64,000 nt of DNA from Callorhinchus milii (Eukaryota). The notes below the pieces were generated by a model. That model did no database searches, was not told the origin of the DNA, and saw nothing but the letters and a program-made list of their open reading frames with translations. Below, one piece after another: positions 12,244 to 23,508 of this stretch. Every line of letters starts with the position of its first letter. The stretch's first letter is position 1. Position numbers and translations under genes: made by a program. The DNA lies in NCBI RefSeq assembly GCF_018977255.1, contig NW_024704748.1, positions 20,336,001-20,400,000 of the forward strand. Reading direction: 5' to 3'.

Positions 12244-12528
12244 TCCGTGCGCTCAGCCTGGCCGCGGTGCACGCCGGGCGCGATGGAGTCGCCCTGGGTT
12301 GTTGATGGGAAGCGGGCATAGAAGCTGCCATGTTGGTGAGGGAAACTCCAGTGGGTGGGTGGGGGGGGTCACCTTTCTTGTCTGAGACGTGCAGAAGCCC
12401 AGCGCCAAGTTTAAGAGTAATCCAGACCGAACTCAGAGTGCCATACATCCCACGCACTCAGCGTTTTCTTTTCGCCCTTTCACCTGTAAATTCTGCAAAA
12501 AAAAACAACCCAAATAGATCCTGCAAGT

Positions 12529-12766
12529 TAACAACAACAACAAGATTCCATTTAAAGAGCGCCTTTCACGTCGGGAGGACGTCCCAAGGCGCCGGACAGT
12601 TGGGTCGGGACCCGAGCATAGGGGGAAATGGTCAGGGTGAGGGGAGGGAAGGGAGGGAGCGAGGAGGGAAGGGAGGGAGCGAGGAGGGAAGGGAGGGAGC
12701 GAGGAGGGAAGGGAGGGAGCGAGGAGGGGTAGAGAGTCGAGGGGAGCTGAAGGCACGGTTGAAGAG
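12529..12766 (-). mobile_element. L2 3' end with internal (GGGAGGGAAGGGAGGGAGCGAGGA)-type expansion and (GTT)n tail
   Basis: Matches 16723-16893 and 22205-22704. Confidence 0.8.
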
Positions 12767-12773
12767 AATCTAC

Positions 12774-12938
12774 TCAATCTACAACTGTGTGTGGGACACT
12801 GCTGCGTGCGATTGGCTGCCACGTTTTGCCCACAAAACACACAGTCACTACTCGTTACAGTGTATCCTGTGAAGCGCTTTGAAACGTCTCGAAGACGTGA
12901 TAAAGCGCTATATCAAATGCAAGGATTATTATTATTAT
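12774..12938 (+). mobile_element. SINE 3' portion
   Basis: Shared body and tail ending aaatgcaaggattattatt. Confidence 0.8.
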
Positions 12939-12959
12939 CGGAAATTCCCGTGTTCGTAG

Positions 12960-13045
12960 GATCATAGAAGGAGGCCATTCGGCCCATTGTGTCTGTGCCG
13001 CCTTTCCAAATCAATCCCACTCCCCGGTTCTCTCCCCATAGCCCT
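12960..13045 (-). mobile_element. Probable CR1-like LINE 3' end fragment
   Basis: ggaggccattcggcccat motif; a related copy lies at 46895-47060. Confidence 0.45.
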
Positions 13046-13372
13046 TCTGGGTGGTAGCAGTGGCAGTTCTAAATCCAGGCAAACACTCCAATACAATACA
13101 TGGGGCCATTGGCAGCATTGTTGGAGGTGCTGCCCTCCCCATGAGATGTTAAACTTAAATCATTTCAAATGATGGGACCCGTTGGTACTGCATTGGAGCG
13201 CCAGCCCAGAAAGTGAGCTTTTCTTCAATGAGTCCCATCATTCTGAGCTCTCCCATATTTGCCTGTAGCGTGCGGCAAACATTAATGTTAAAATTACATT
13301 CTGGCACATGTCCTGGAATGCGCTTCACAACACGTATCCTTCTGCCTGCGTATCTGTAACTTAATGGAGTTA

Positions 13373-13695
13373 AGTCCTGTAGCTCAATGGTTAGAGCACT
13401 CGCTTTGCAAGCGAGAGACCTGAGTTCAATTCCAGACAGAGGGCGAAACCTTGGGCAAGTTTCCTTACTCCACACAGAGCCTAATAATAATCCCTCCAAA
13501 ACCAAAAAACAATAATAAATTGGTCATTTTCAATCCACGACTGTTTGTGGGACATTGCTGTGCGCAATTGGCTGCCGCGTTCGCCCACAAATATACAGTC
13601 AATTCACTTTGCAGTGTGTTCTGTGAAGCGCTTTGGGACGTCCTCCCGACGTGAAAAACGCTATATCAAATGCAAGGATTATTATTACTATTATT
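13373..13695 (+). mobile_element. Full-length young tRNA-Ala-derived SINE
   Basis: A/B boxes, shared body, (ATT)n tail. Confidence 0.92.
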
Positions 13696-13696
13696 A

Positions 13697-13925
13697 ATGG
13701 TGAGCGCGCTCGCCTCACAAGCTCGAGGACCTGGGCAGGGCAAAACGTTGGGCAAGTTTCCTTATTCCACAAGCCTGCGTTTACCTATCAGTAAGCAGGA
13801 AACCCGCTTAGTCGATTGGGGGGGTAAAAAAAAATCCCTTCCAGCAAATAAATAACAATTTAGTCGCTCAATCCGTGACCGTTTGGCGGGTCACCGCTGT
13901 GCGCACATTGGCTGCCAAGTGTCGC
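13697..13925 (+). mobile_element. Older SINE subfamily copy directly behind the young SINE
   Basis: tRNA-like head remnant plus gcctgcgtttacctatcagtaag segment and shared body. Confidence 0.6.
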
Positions 13926-14528
13926 CCACCGTCCCCGGCCCTCCCCGGCCCGGGCGTCAGACTCGGGGACCGTCAAGCGCTCCGGAATCCGAGCGCGAAT
14001 CGTTGCGGTCGTGACTGTTTTGGAAACTCTTCTTCCTGCAAGTGGGGTGGGTGGGTGAGTGGGAGAGAGAGAGAGAGAGAGAGGGGGTAATGCTCTCTGG
14101 GTGTGGACTGAGGAGGGGGATTATTTACCAGCTGTGAGGGGAGGTGGAGGAGAGCTGTGTGTGAGGTGATGAGAGCGCAGGGCATGTGTACGCCTGCGCC
14201 GGTGCTGTTTCGCCGTCAGCTGCTCCAGGGACACGGGGCGGGTGATGTGAAAGACAGGATCCCTCGCTCCCCCCCACCACCCCCACTCCACCCCCGCTCT
14301 CGGCAGTCCGTCCCTCCCTCTCTCTCTCTCTCCCTCCCTCTCTCTCCCTCCTCCTTCCTTCCCTCCCTCTCTCGGTGTGAAGACAGTGAATTGGCCGCGG
14401 GGGCTGCAGGAGGTGAGGGGCGGGGAGGGGTGGGCACTCGAGGGTGGGTGTGTGGGTGTGTGTGTGTGGGGTGGGAGAGCATCGCGGCTGTACTCTCACC
14501 GCGAGGCCTGAACATGGCGGCGCTGTGA

Positions 14529-14727
14529 GCTCGGGGAGGGGAGGCTCGGGGAGGATAGGCTCGGGGAGGCCCGGCCCGGGGAGGGGAGGCTCGGGGAGGC
14601 CCGGGGAGGGGAGGGTCGGCTCGGGGAGGCCCGGGGGAGGGGAGGGTCGGCTCGGGGAGGCCCGGGGAGGGGAGGCTCGGGGAGGGGAGGCCCGGGGAGA
14701 GGAGGCCCGGCTCGGGGAGGGGAGGGG
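14529..14727 (+). repeat. G-rich tandem repeat (GCTCGGGGAGGGGAG/GCCCGGGGAGG units) just upstream of the IDE ATG
   Basis: More than 15 GGGG runs. Confidence 0.9.
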
Positions 14728-14738
14728 CGCCAGGAAGA

Positions 14739-14800
14739 ATGCCAAACGTCGGCCGCTTCGTGCAGCTCCTGAGCCAGGCCCTGACCCGGGGAGAACGCCA
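14739..14800 (+). CDS. IDE: IDE exon 1 (MPNVGRFVQLLSQALTRGER)
   Basis: ATG at 14739; donor CA|GTAAGT; phase 2 joins exon 2 in frame. Confidence 0.75.
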
Positions 14801-15144
14801 GTAAGTGCGAGCCCGAGGGCCCCGGGACCGCGTCTCTGAATCGGCGGTTGGTCGTTCGTGGGCGTCGTGGCCTCCCGGCGGCTGGAGGTCACGGGGAGCA
14901 CCAACGTGAGCTGGGCCCTGGCCTTGGAACTCACCCCCCGCGGCCCCCAGGGCCTGTGGCCGGACACACGGGGACAGAGCCCCGGCCTCACAGTAGCCGG
15001 ACTGGCCCGTGTGTGTGTGTGGTGGGGGGGGGGTGGGGGGGGCTCTCAGCCATGGCGGGTCTCCCTCACTAACCACACACGTGTGAAGGTTGTAATGAGG
15101 CCGAAGCTTTGGCTGTTTCTCCGCTGCAGACAGAGAGAGAGAGA

Positions 15145-15480
15145 GGGGTGGGGGGGTGCTGTGTGGGGGGTCTGTGGGGTGGGGGGTCTGGGGGGGGGGT
15201 CTGTGGGGGTGGGTGTCTGTGTGGGGGGGTGGGGGTGGGTGTGTGTGGGGGGGGTCTGTGGGTGTGGGTGGGGGGGTCTGTGTGGGTGGGGGAGATCTGT
15301 GGGTGGGGTGGTCTGTGGGTGGGTGTCTGTGTGGGGGGGGTGGGGGGGTCTGTGGGTGTGTGTGTGTGTGGGTGGGTGGGGGGTCTGTGGGTGGGTGGTC
15401 TGTGGGGGGGGTGGGTGTCTGTGTGGGGGGGGGTCTGTGGGTGGGTGGGTGGGGGGGGTCTGTGTGTGTGGGTGGGGGGG
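15145..15480 (+). repeat. GT-rich low-complexity tandem repeat (GGGGTCTGTG-like units) in IDE intron 1
   Basis: Seen directly. Confidence 0.9.
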
Positions 15481-15829
15481 AGATTTTATCCCCACTCTTG
15501 ACTGTGCGCAGCAAACCAGCTGACTGCTGTTGAGCGACACTTAAACCCTTTACACTCTTAAACACTCTTAAATCGTTCGGTCTTTTTTTTTATTTCCACC
15601 TGCATTTATTTTCTGCGGTTTATTTACTGGAGACATTCAGCCACCCGCTGCCCGGCCTCTGGGGAGGGGGGTGTGCAGGCAGCAGGACTTTGATTCACCT
15701 GCTCGCTGCTGCCCTGTGAAGCCGGCAGGTGTAAATCTCTTACTGTCCCAGGACCAAATGGGTCTCTTTCCGCACCCCTGTTGTTGTTGTTTTTTTTTAA
15801 AAAACAATGAAGCAGTTTAATAATTTTGT

Positions 15830-16153
15830 GGAGTCCTGTAGCTCAGTGGTTAGAGCACTCGCTTTGCAAGCGAGAGACCTGAGCTCAGTTCCGGGCAGGT
15901 CAGGGCCAAACCTTGGGCAAGTTTCCTTACTCCACACAGAGCCTAATAATAATCCCTCCAAAAACCCCAAACAATAATAAATTGGTCGTTTTCAATCCAC
16001 GACTGTTTGTGGGACACTGCTCCGCGCAATTGGCTGCCGCGTTCGCCCACAAATATACAGTCAATTCACTTTGCAGTGTGTTCTGTGAAGCGCTTTGGGA
16101 CGTCCTCCCGACGTGAAAAGCACTATATCAAATGCAAGGATTATTATTATTAT
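15830..16153 (+). mobile_element. Full-length young tRNA-Ala-derived SINE
   Basis: A/B boxes and (ATT)n tail. Confidence 0.92.
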
Positions 16154-16722
16154 TTAACTCGGGCTTATTAATAGCCTTCAGGTTTGAAAATTGAGATTTC
16201 GAAAAAGAGGCCTTATGGAAAATTATCTAAGATACGTAACAGAATACGGAAATTATTGTGTAAGAATATTTTCAGTTCTGTAAGGCTGCAGAACAAGATA
16301 AACTTGCTCTGGATTATTATTAAGACTGGCAACATAAAGCATTTCAATATTACCATCATAGTCAAGAATGGTTTAGCCCTTTCGGACGTCCTGATGTGAA
16401 AGGCACAAATAAGTGTTCATGGTATTTAATCAAAGGATCAAATACTCTACCAAAATGCCTAGTTGATACCTAGTTGACACTGTTAGAAGCTATTAATGTT
16501 GTTTGGTCTGATATTTCTTCAACACTAACAGAATTAAAATTATAGCATTTTGGGTTAATGATGTATAATGTATAATTATGGGAAAAGAACTGTGCTTCAA
16601 TGACTCATTTAGACAATTTTATTGTAATACTTGTAGATAAAATAGTCATAAAAAATGTCCATTCACTGAATGGTTGCATGTGAGAGAGTGTGTGCAAATT
16701 AGCTACCATTTTTGCTTAGAAC

Positions 16723-16893
16723 TACAACAAGATTTCATTTATAGAGCGCCTTTCACGTCGGGAGGACGTCCCAAGGCGCTGGACAGTTGGGTCGGGACCC
16801 GAGCCGGGGGGAAATGGTCAGGGTGAGGGAAGGGAGGGAGTGAGGAAGGGGGTAGAGAGTCGAGAGGGGAGCTGAAGGCACGGTTGAAGAGAA
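16723..16893 (-). mobile_element. L2 3' end fragment
   Basis: Matches 12529-12766. Confidence 0.8.
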
Positions 16894-17096
16894 CTAGTCA
16901 CTGCACTTCACATGTAAATCATGTGATGGATGTGCTTTGAGATATTGACAGTGCAATAAGATTCTTTTATCAAATGCAAGGATTATTATTTCCTTTTCAG
17001 GGTAAAAACAAATACCAGTAATCTGTCTGTATGTTGACTTTGTGATGCCATTTGTCTTAAGAATATGGTCTGGTAATTAATGTACTCTATTTGCAG

Positions 17097-17281
17097 CCTG
17101 CAGCCAGCAAGAGGCTTGAGAATGAATAATCCAGCAATTGTGAGAACCGTGCCCAATATTATTAAGTCTCCTGAGGACAAGCGTGAATATTGTGGATTGG
17201 AATTTGCAAATGGGATCAATGCATTACTAATCCATGACCCTACCACTGACAAATCATCTGCTGCCCTGGATGTTCACATTG
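17097..17281 (+). CDS. IDE: IDE exon 2 (contains the MNNPA start at 17122; KSPEDKREY...[12 protein letters not shown])
   Basis: 185 nt, canonical sites, M16 peptidase N-terminus. Confidence 0.96.
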
Positions 17282-17748
17282 GTATTAAGCATTCAATATC
17301 ATACCTAAAGTTCAATTTAGTAGTAATAGTCGGCACAATGCTACTGTGCTAAATTTGAATACTTTCACTACGTCTACACTAACTTTCCTAATAACCTGTG
17401 AGGCAGTTATTACTGTTGTTTTAACAATTAACGCACTCAAAACTGTAGTTAAACTGATATTAATCATACACTTGCTGTTATACTCGTGATATTCCAGATT
17501 GGTTGTCACATTTTAGGAAAGAATTGTTTTCAATAAAATAATTAGTTAAAAGCTGGATATTGTACCTTTTGGCAATTGTCAGGATAGTAAAGGGGTTTGA
17601 TGAAGTTGATGAAGGCAATTTGTTTCCCTATTGCACATTTTAAGTACAAATTAGTGGTGAAGACACATAGAACTTGAATCAAATGCTATGGATTAAAGAG
17701 CTTACTGGTCCCTAAAATTTGTCTGTTCTGATTTTTGTTTCTTTACAG

Positions 17749-17956
17749 GCTCATTGTCAGATCCAAAAGACATCCAAGGACTAGCCCACTTTTGTGAGCA
17801 TATGCTTTTCTTGGGGACAGAAAAATACCCAAAGGAGAATGAGTACAGTCAGTTCCTTAGTGAACATGCAGGGAGCTCAAATGCATTCACTAGTGGCGAA
17901 CATACCAACTACTATTTCGATGTATCGAATGAACACTTGGAGGGTGCCCTAGATCG
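17749..17956 (+). CDS. IDE: IDE exon 3 ([14 protein letters not shown], inverted zinc motif HxxEH)
   Basis: 208 nt, canonical sites. Confidence 0.97.
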
Positions 17957-18348
17957 GTAAATTCTGCATTGATACAGTAACGGTTTCTTGTGTTTTTACA
18001 CCAATAGTCATAAATTTGTCTGTACCTGCCTGCAAGTTTTGAATCATTACTTCTGCCATACCTATCAGCTCTTGATAGATGTGTGTATATTTGCACATCA
18101 TATTTTTTGTATTTACTTTATCATAACATAAAATGGCAAATTAGTTTTCCTTTCTTGTCTGGGATTTCCTGATCTCTTCACATGTTTATTTGGTTTTTCA
18201 TAAAGAAATAAATTGCAACATTGAAAAAGGCCTGGGAAAAGAAAACTATTGTGAGAGATGATAGTCATTCGGCACCTGAGTCATGACAGGACTATAATCT
18301 ATCATCTGTTAAATATTGTGTTGGTTAATCTGCAATGATGTTCCTTCT

Positions 18349-18697
18349 ATTATTATTAGGCTCTGTGTGGAGTAAGGAAACTTGCCCAAGGTTTCGCCCT
18401 GACCTGCCTGGGAGAGACCTGAGTTCAATCCCAGGCAGGTCAGGGCGAAACCTTGGGCAATTTTCCTTACTCCACCCAGAGCCTTAATGATAATCCCTAT
18501 AAAACCCAAAACAATAATAAATTGGTCATTTTCAATCCACGGCTGTTTGTGGGACATTGCTGTGCGCAATTGGCTGCCGCGTTTGCCCACAAATATACAG
18601 TCAATTCACTTTACAGTGTGTTCTGTGAAGCGCTTTGGGACGTCCTCCCGACGTGAAAAGCGCTATATCAAATGCAAGGATTATTATTATTATTATT
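18349..18697 (+). mobile_element. Young SINE with a 5' fold-back inverted duplication
   Basis: 18349-18413 is the reverse complement of 18429-18494. Confidence 0.88.
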
Positions 18698-18728
18698 CAC
18701 TCCATAACAACTTTTTGTTTTTGCTAAG

Positions 18729-18898
18729 GTTTGCCCAGTTTTTCTTGTGTCCTTTGTTTGATGCCAACTGGAAAGATAGAGAGGTTAATGCTGTTGATTC
18801 AGAGCATGAGAAGAACATAATGAATGATGCTTGGAGACTGTTCCAGTTAGAGAAGTCTACAGGCAATCCAGAGCACCGATTTAGCACATTTGGAACAG
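18729..18898 (+). CDS. IDE: IDE exon 4 ([10 protein letters not shown]...[13 protein letters not shown]...FGTG)
   Basis: 170 nt, includes the third zinc-ligand Glu region. Confidence 0.96.
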
Positions 18899-19424
18899 GT
18901 CAGTATTCCACAGAGTCTTCCTGAACTGAACTTGGTGTTTGTAAAATGAAATTCTGTATCAAATTAGAATTGAACTGCTGTGTAAGAGAGAGTACATCTG
19001 AAATTGCAGGTAAACGAGAACCTTGCAGAAAGCTAATAAAGTTCTATTTGCCAAGTTCTCAGACACCAGCACCACGAACCATTGAAACAATCTTTGGTGC
19101 ATTCAGTAATTGTTCAGCTGAGTATGTTGTTCTATAATAAATCCTGAAAGGATGATATGAAGGAACTGTTATTTTAATGCTGCTCCCGAGTGGGTAGCAA
19201 AATAGTAATGCATGTAGAGTTGTTAATTTGTAAACCTATTAATGTCACCTTTTAGAATTTCACATAATTTTGAAATCCCAAACCAGATGCTGAAGTGTAA
19301 CTTCGGAACAAGCCGGTACTGAGTTTCACATCAGCCGTTAGTTAAAAATAAAGCATGGGAATTATAAATAATGAGCTAATTTGTCATGCTACCTGAAACT
19401 TACTCTTTATATTTTCAATAATAG

Positions 19425-19547
19425 GCAACAAGTTCACCTTGGAAACTAGGCCAGCAGAGATGGGCATTGATGTGCGACAAGAACTGCTTAAGTTCCACTC
19501 GTCTTACTATTCATCAAATCTGATGGCTCTCTGTGTCTTGGGGAGAG
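19425..19547 (+). CDS. IDE: IDE exon 5 (NKFTLETRP...[14 protein letters not shown]), followed by a GC donor
   Basis: 123 nt; donor GAG|GCAAGT. Confidence 0.93.
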
Positions 19548-20444
19548 GCAAGTCCTGTATTTGATAAAGTTTGGGGAATATATAATTCTGAATTTTATCT
19601 GCAATGCCCGATCAAACCGAAGATGCATTTTGTTTTTCCTTGAAAATATGTTGAATTCCAAGCCATGATACTGGATTGTTGTATTTTTATGTCGCTATTG
19701 ATAATTATTCAAATTTATACTTAAGCAGTCTAGTATTTCAAATTGGTGATCGCAAGTTCTGAACCCTAAAGTTGCAAGCTGACAATTTTGTTGTAACTTG
19801 AACATTTCTAACTTGGTTACTTTTGATGAATGTATTATTGGGACTCCAAGCAGATGTGAAAAATAAAGGTGTGTGATCAGGATGGAGTAGAGTGAGAGAA
19901 AGGATGTCTGGGGGTCAGTAATATCAATGAGGTGCCCCAATGGAAGTGAGAAGAAAACTTCAAAAACTCTATTATAATATTTAGTTCTGTTATGAATCCA
20001 CTGAGATATTTTGATACTGGAATTCTTTGTTGCATTATAACTAATTTGTTACAGAGTGGGGGATTTTGACCTTTTTTTGTGGTTTATATTAAGCACAAGT
20101 AATTAGCAATAACAATGCCACTTACGTCATGGAATTAACCAGTGCAAAATCAATTTGAATTCAGTATTTTGAAATACGCTCATCTACCAATTGTTTCTCA
20201 AACATTTGGAACCTGTAAATCAATAACTTGGTGATTTGCTGGCAGCCTAATTCCAGTACCTTCAAGAGCAAATCAAAAGCATTAAATGCCTGCATATCCT
20301 ATTTTCTGTAGGGAACGATAACTCTCTGGAGTCGTACATCAAGGACCAGGCTTCCAGATGTTAGAGAATGATTCTGAATTGTAAAATCTGGATGAGAAAA
20401 TTGAACTACAGATAGCATGATCAAGTGTTTAGAAAGCAAGCAAA

Positions 20445-20700
20445 GGAGCTCTCCCGATGGCTCAGTTGGTAAGTTCACTCTCTAGTGTAGAACTGAGCCA
20501 TACAGACCATGTTTAAGGTTTGCTCCATGGTCTGCCAATTAGCCGATCATAACCTCGGTGAAGTGGCGCCTCAACAGTTGAACACAGTCCAACTAGGCTA
20601 GAGAGGGGGAAGATCTGCCAAGCTTCACATTCCTAGCATTATCTAATGACCTGCTGGAAAGATGTGAGAAGCATAAAGCTCTGTTGTCATACCCCCTTGG
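20445..20700 (+). mobile_element. Probable ancient tRNA-derived SINE of a different family
   Basis: A-box-like TGGCTCAGTTGG at its start; GC-richer than the flanks; family not identified. Confidence 0.35.
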
Positions 20701-21096
20701 GTTATTAGGCTACTAACACTCATAGTACAGACTCAAAGGAACAGTGATTATTATGGGCTAAGTTCTGGAAGGTAACTGGTGTTTGTGAAATCGTACTGCA
20801 GTTTGAGTCATCAACTCTGGGTGGGGAGCAAGTAATCAAAAACCAAAATCAACTGAATATTGAACTGAATCAATATCACATTTAAAATTGTATATTCTTA
20901 TATTTGGCACTGTTTTAGGTTATGTAGTTTTGTTTGGAGTAATCTTTGAATAATTGTCTTTTTCAATAGCTGGTATACAGCAATTGTATCAAATAAATTG
21001 TGAATTCACGTAGGTAATTTGCGGTAAACGTATTTAACTAATGTGTATCATAGTCTACTGCCACGTGAGAAAGTTTTGAAGACATCTGTATCATCA

Positions 21097-21328
21097 AGGC
21101 AAGTTTCCTTACTCCACATGTCTGATAATAATCCCTCAAGAAAAAAAATAATAATTTGGTCACTCATTCCACGACTGTTTGTGGGATACTGCTGTGCGCA
21201 ATTGGCTGCCGCATTTTGCCCCCAAATATACAGTCAATTCACTTCACAGTATATTCTGTGAAGCGCTTTGAGACATCTAGAAGGCATAAAAAGCACTATA
21301 ACAAATGCAAGGATTATTATTTTATTAT
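21097..21328 (+). mobile_element. 5'-truncated SINE
   Basis: Shared body and tail. Confidence 0.85.
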
Positions 21329-21903
21329 CGTCAAGCACAGCCAACAGTTTGGAAATCCTGTAGCATATACAATATCTGCTGTAAGCTCCCACAGCCACAT
21401 TGGGCCAATTGATCTATACTGTAACATTCTAATTTTAGCTGTTCTCTTTAAAAATTTACTGAAGTGAGAAATGTGACATCAAAGCTTAAATTATTTCTTT
21501 AATTCCATTGGATATTGTACTTGCAGCCAGCATAGGAGGATAGAAATAAGTACACAATGGCAAAAAACAAGGGAGCTGTCGATTTTTTTATTGTCATAAT
21601 ATTTGGTTGAAACAGTAGTTTCAAGCAAGAGATTCGCAGGTGTGCAACCTGTGTACACACACAGCCTGAACTATTTCTATCCTTGACCTGTGTATCTTTC
21701 GACCTCATTGGACTCTCCTCTTGTACAGTGTTGCACCTTATGCACTCCCGTGACCAACCATTTAGAATAGGGAGTCGACATTAAACCATGCAACCAAGGC
21801 TGATCTGGTTCTTATGATGATTGTTGTGCGACTTATTGGAGTTTCATATTGTTTGCTGTCTGGTGGTGATTTATTGTTTTTCAAATGATCTGTTTGTTTT
21901 CAG

Positions 21904-22016
21904 AATCCCTGGATGAACTGACCGATATGGTAGTGAAGCTATTTGGAGGTGTGGTAAACAAAAGTCTACCTGTTACAGAATTCTTGGAATATCCTTTTCA
22001 GAAAGAACACCTTAAG
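21904..22016 (+). CDS. IDE: IDE exon 6 ([14 protein letters not shown]...EHLK)
   Basis: 113 nt, canonical sites. Confidence 0.95.
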
Positions 22017-22204
22017 GTAGTTATGTGAATAGTGGTTTTCCCCCTTCAGATTTTTGCCACTATGTTTTTATAATGAGAGAAGGAAGGGAGAAATATTTTT
22101 TTCAGAAACTTGCTGTCAGCAAGCTCCAGAATGTTTGATAACCGAGGACATCCTAAACTGGTGTCTTATTTTGACTTTGGAACTCCATCCCCCAGTGCCT
22201 TCGC

Positions 22205-22704
22205 CTTCTTTCCTCTTTCAAGGCCGGTCTCAAGACCTTTCTCTTCAACCGTGCCTTCACCTCCCCTCTCGACTCTCTACCCCCTCCTTGCTCCCTCCCT
22301 TCCCTCCCCTCACCCTGACCATTTCCCCCCTGCTCGGGTCCCGACCCAACTGGAAAGGCTCTGCAAGTGAGAGACCTGAGTTCAATTCCAGGCAGGGCGA
22401 AACCTTGGGCAAGTTTCCTTACTCCACACGCCTAATAATAGTCCCACCAAAAACAATAATTAAATTGTTTTCATTTTCAATCTACGACTGTTTGTGGGAC
22501 ATTGCTGTGCGCAATTGGCTGCCGCGTTCACCCACAAATATACAATCAATTCACTTTACAGTGTGTTCTGTGAAGCGCTTTGGGCCGTCCTCTGACGTGG
22601 AAAGCACTATATCAAATGCAAGGATTATTATTATTATAACTGTCCAGCGCCTTGGGACGTCCTCACAACGTGAAAAGCGCTCTATAAATGCAATCTTGTT
22701 GTTT
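22205..22704 (+). mobile_element. L2 3' end interrupted by a young SINE (22353-22637) with an AACTG duplication
   Basis: The two flanks rejoin to the uninterrupted L2 tail seen at 12580-12615. Confidence 0.85.
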
Positions 22705-23345
22705 TGTGAGGCTCAAAAACATGGCAACTAATTGATACCTGAATTTCTGTAAACCAAGTTTATAAAAGAAAGAAGCAATTGTACTGATACAATTTTCTTA
22801 ATATGGAATGACATACTTACAAAAAGCACCATTGCTTTCTTGCCAGAATGACATTCTTAACAGAAAACATGTATAAAATAATTTGCTGTACACTGGTGTA
22901 GGAGTTCAGAGTGAGATATTAATCAGTAATGCTTTTGAGGGATATTAAGACAATCTGTCTGTTCCCTATATCTCTGCAGATTTGAATCTGGATTCAATTA
23001 TAACACTGAGCTGCATACATCTGTATCAACTGAGAAATACTGTTTTTTTAATTCTCTATTATATTTATCAGGGGTTTAGCATGTGTTGCATATGTATCTA
23101 CTTCATTCCTTTTTCTGCTCAGAGGTATAAAATTAATTGCTGCAGATTTGTACAGTATCAACAATACCCATCATAGCGCTTTTGATCAAAGTTATATGAA
23201 ACAATATTCTGTAATAATATTTTATTAATATTTTCTGTTTATAATCTTGTTTTCTATTTTTCCCTAAAGATACTCTATTCTGATTCAGTGGTTGCCAGTT
23301 GACCTCCAGAAACAATTATTCATAACATTTACACTTGTTTTACAG

Positions 23346-23508
23346 CAACTGTATAAGGTGGTGCCCATCAAGGATATCAGAAATCTTTATGTCACTTTTC
23401 CTATACCGGACCTTCAGAAATATTACAAGTCAAATCCAGGTCACTATCTTGGCCATTTGATTGGTCATGAAGGTCCAGGGAGTCTTCTGTCAGAACTGAA
23501 AGCTAAAG
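23346..23508 (+). CDS. IDE: IDE exon 7 ([14 protein letters not shown]...[19 protein letters not shown]), exosite
   Basis: 163 nt, canonical sites. Confidence 0.96.

Larger units (their letters stand above)
13930..15070 (+). promoter_or_regulatory. IDE CpG island and promoter; NRF1-like site at 14189-14200 and YY1-like AACATGGCGGC at 14511-14521
   Basis: High GC and CpG density around IDE exon 1; motifs read directly. Confidence 0.6.

Noticed and set aside
14405-14420. Alternative IDE first-exon donor GAG|GTGAGG
   Set aside because: It lies in low-complexity G-rich DNA with no supporting frame or other evidence
14125-15565. Long Pro/Gly-rich ORFs (449 aa, 288 aa, 221 aa) on both strands
   Set aside because: They arise from G-rich and GT-rich tandem repeats and CpG-island composition; no protein-like content
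15830-15900. tRNA-Ala(UGC)-like sequences here and at other SINE heads
   Set aside because: No proper acceptor stem, and each is attached to the same SINE body and tail, so they are SINE heads rather than tRNA genes
22054-22731. 225-aa ORF
   Set aside because: It runs through the nested L2/SINE; the same peptide recurs at other SINE copies
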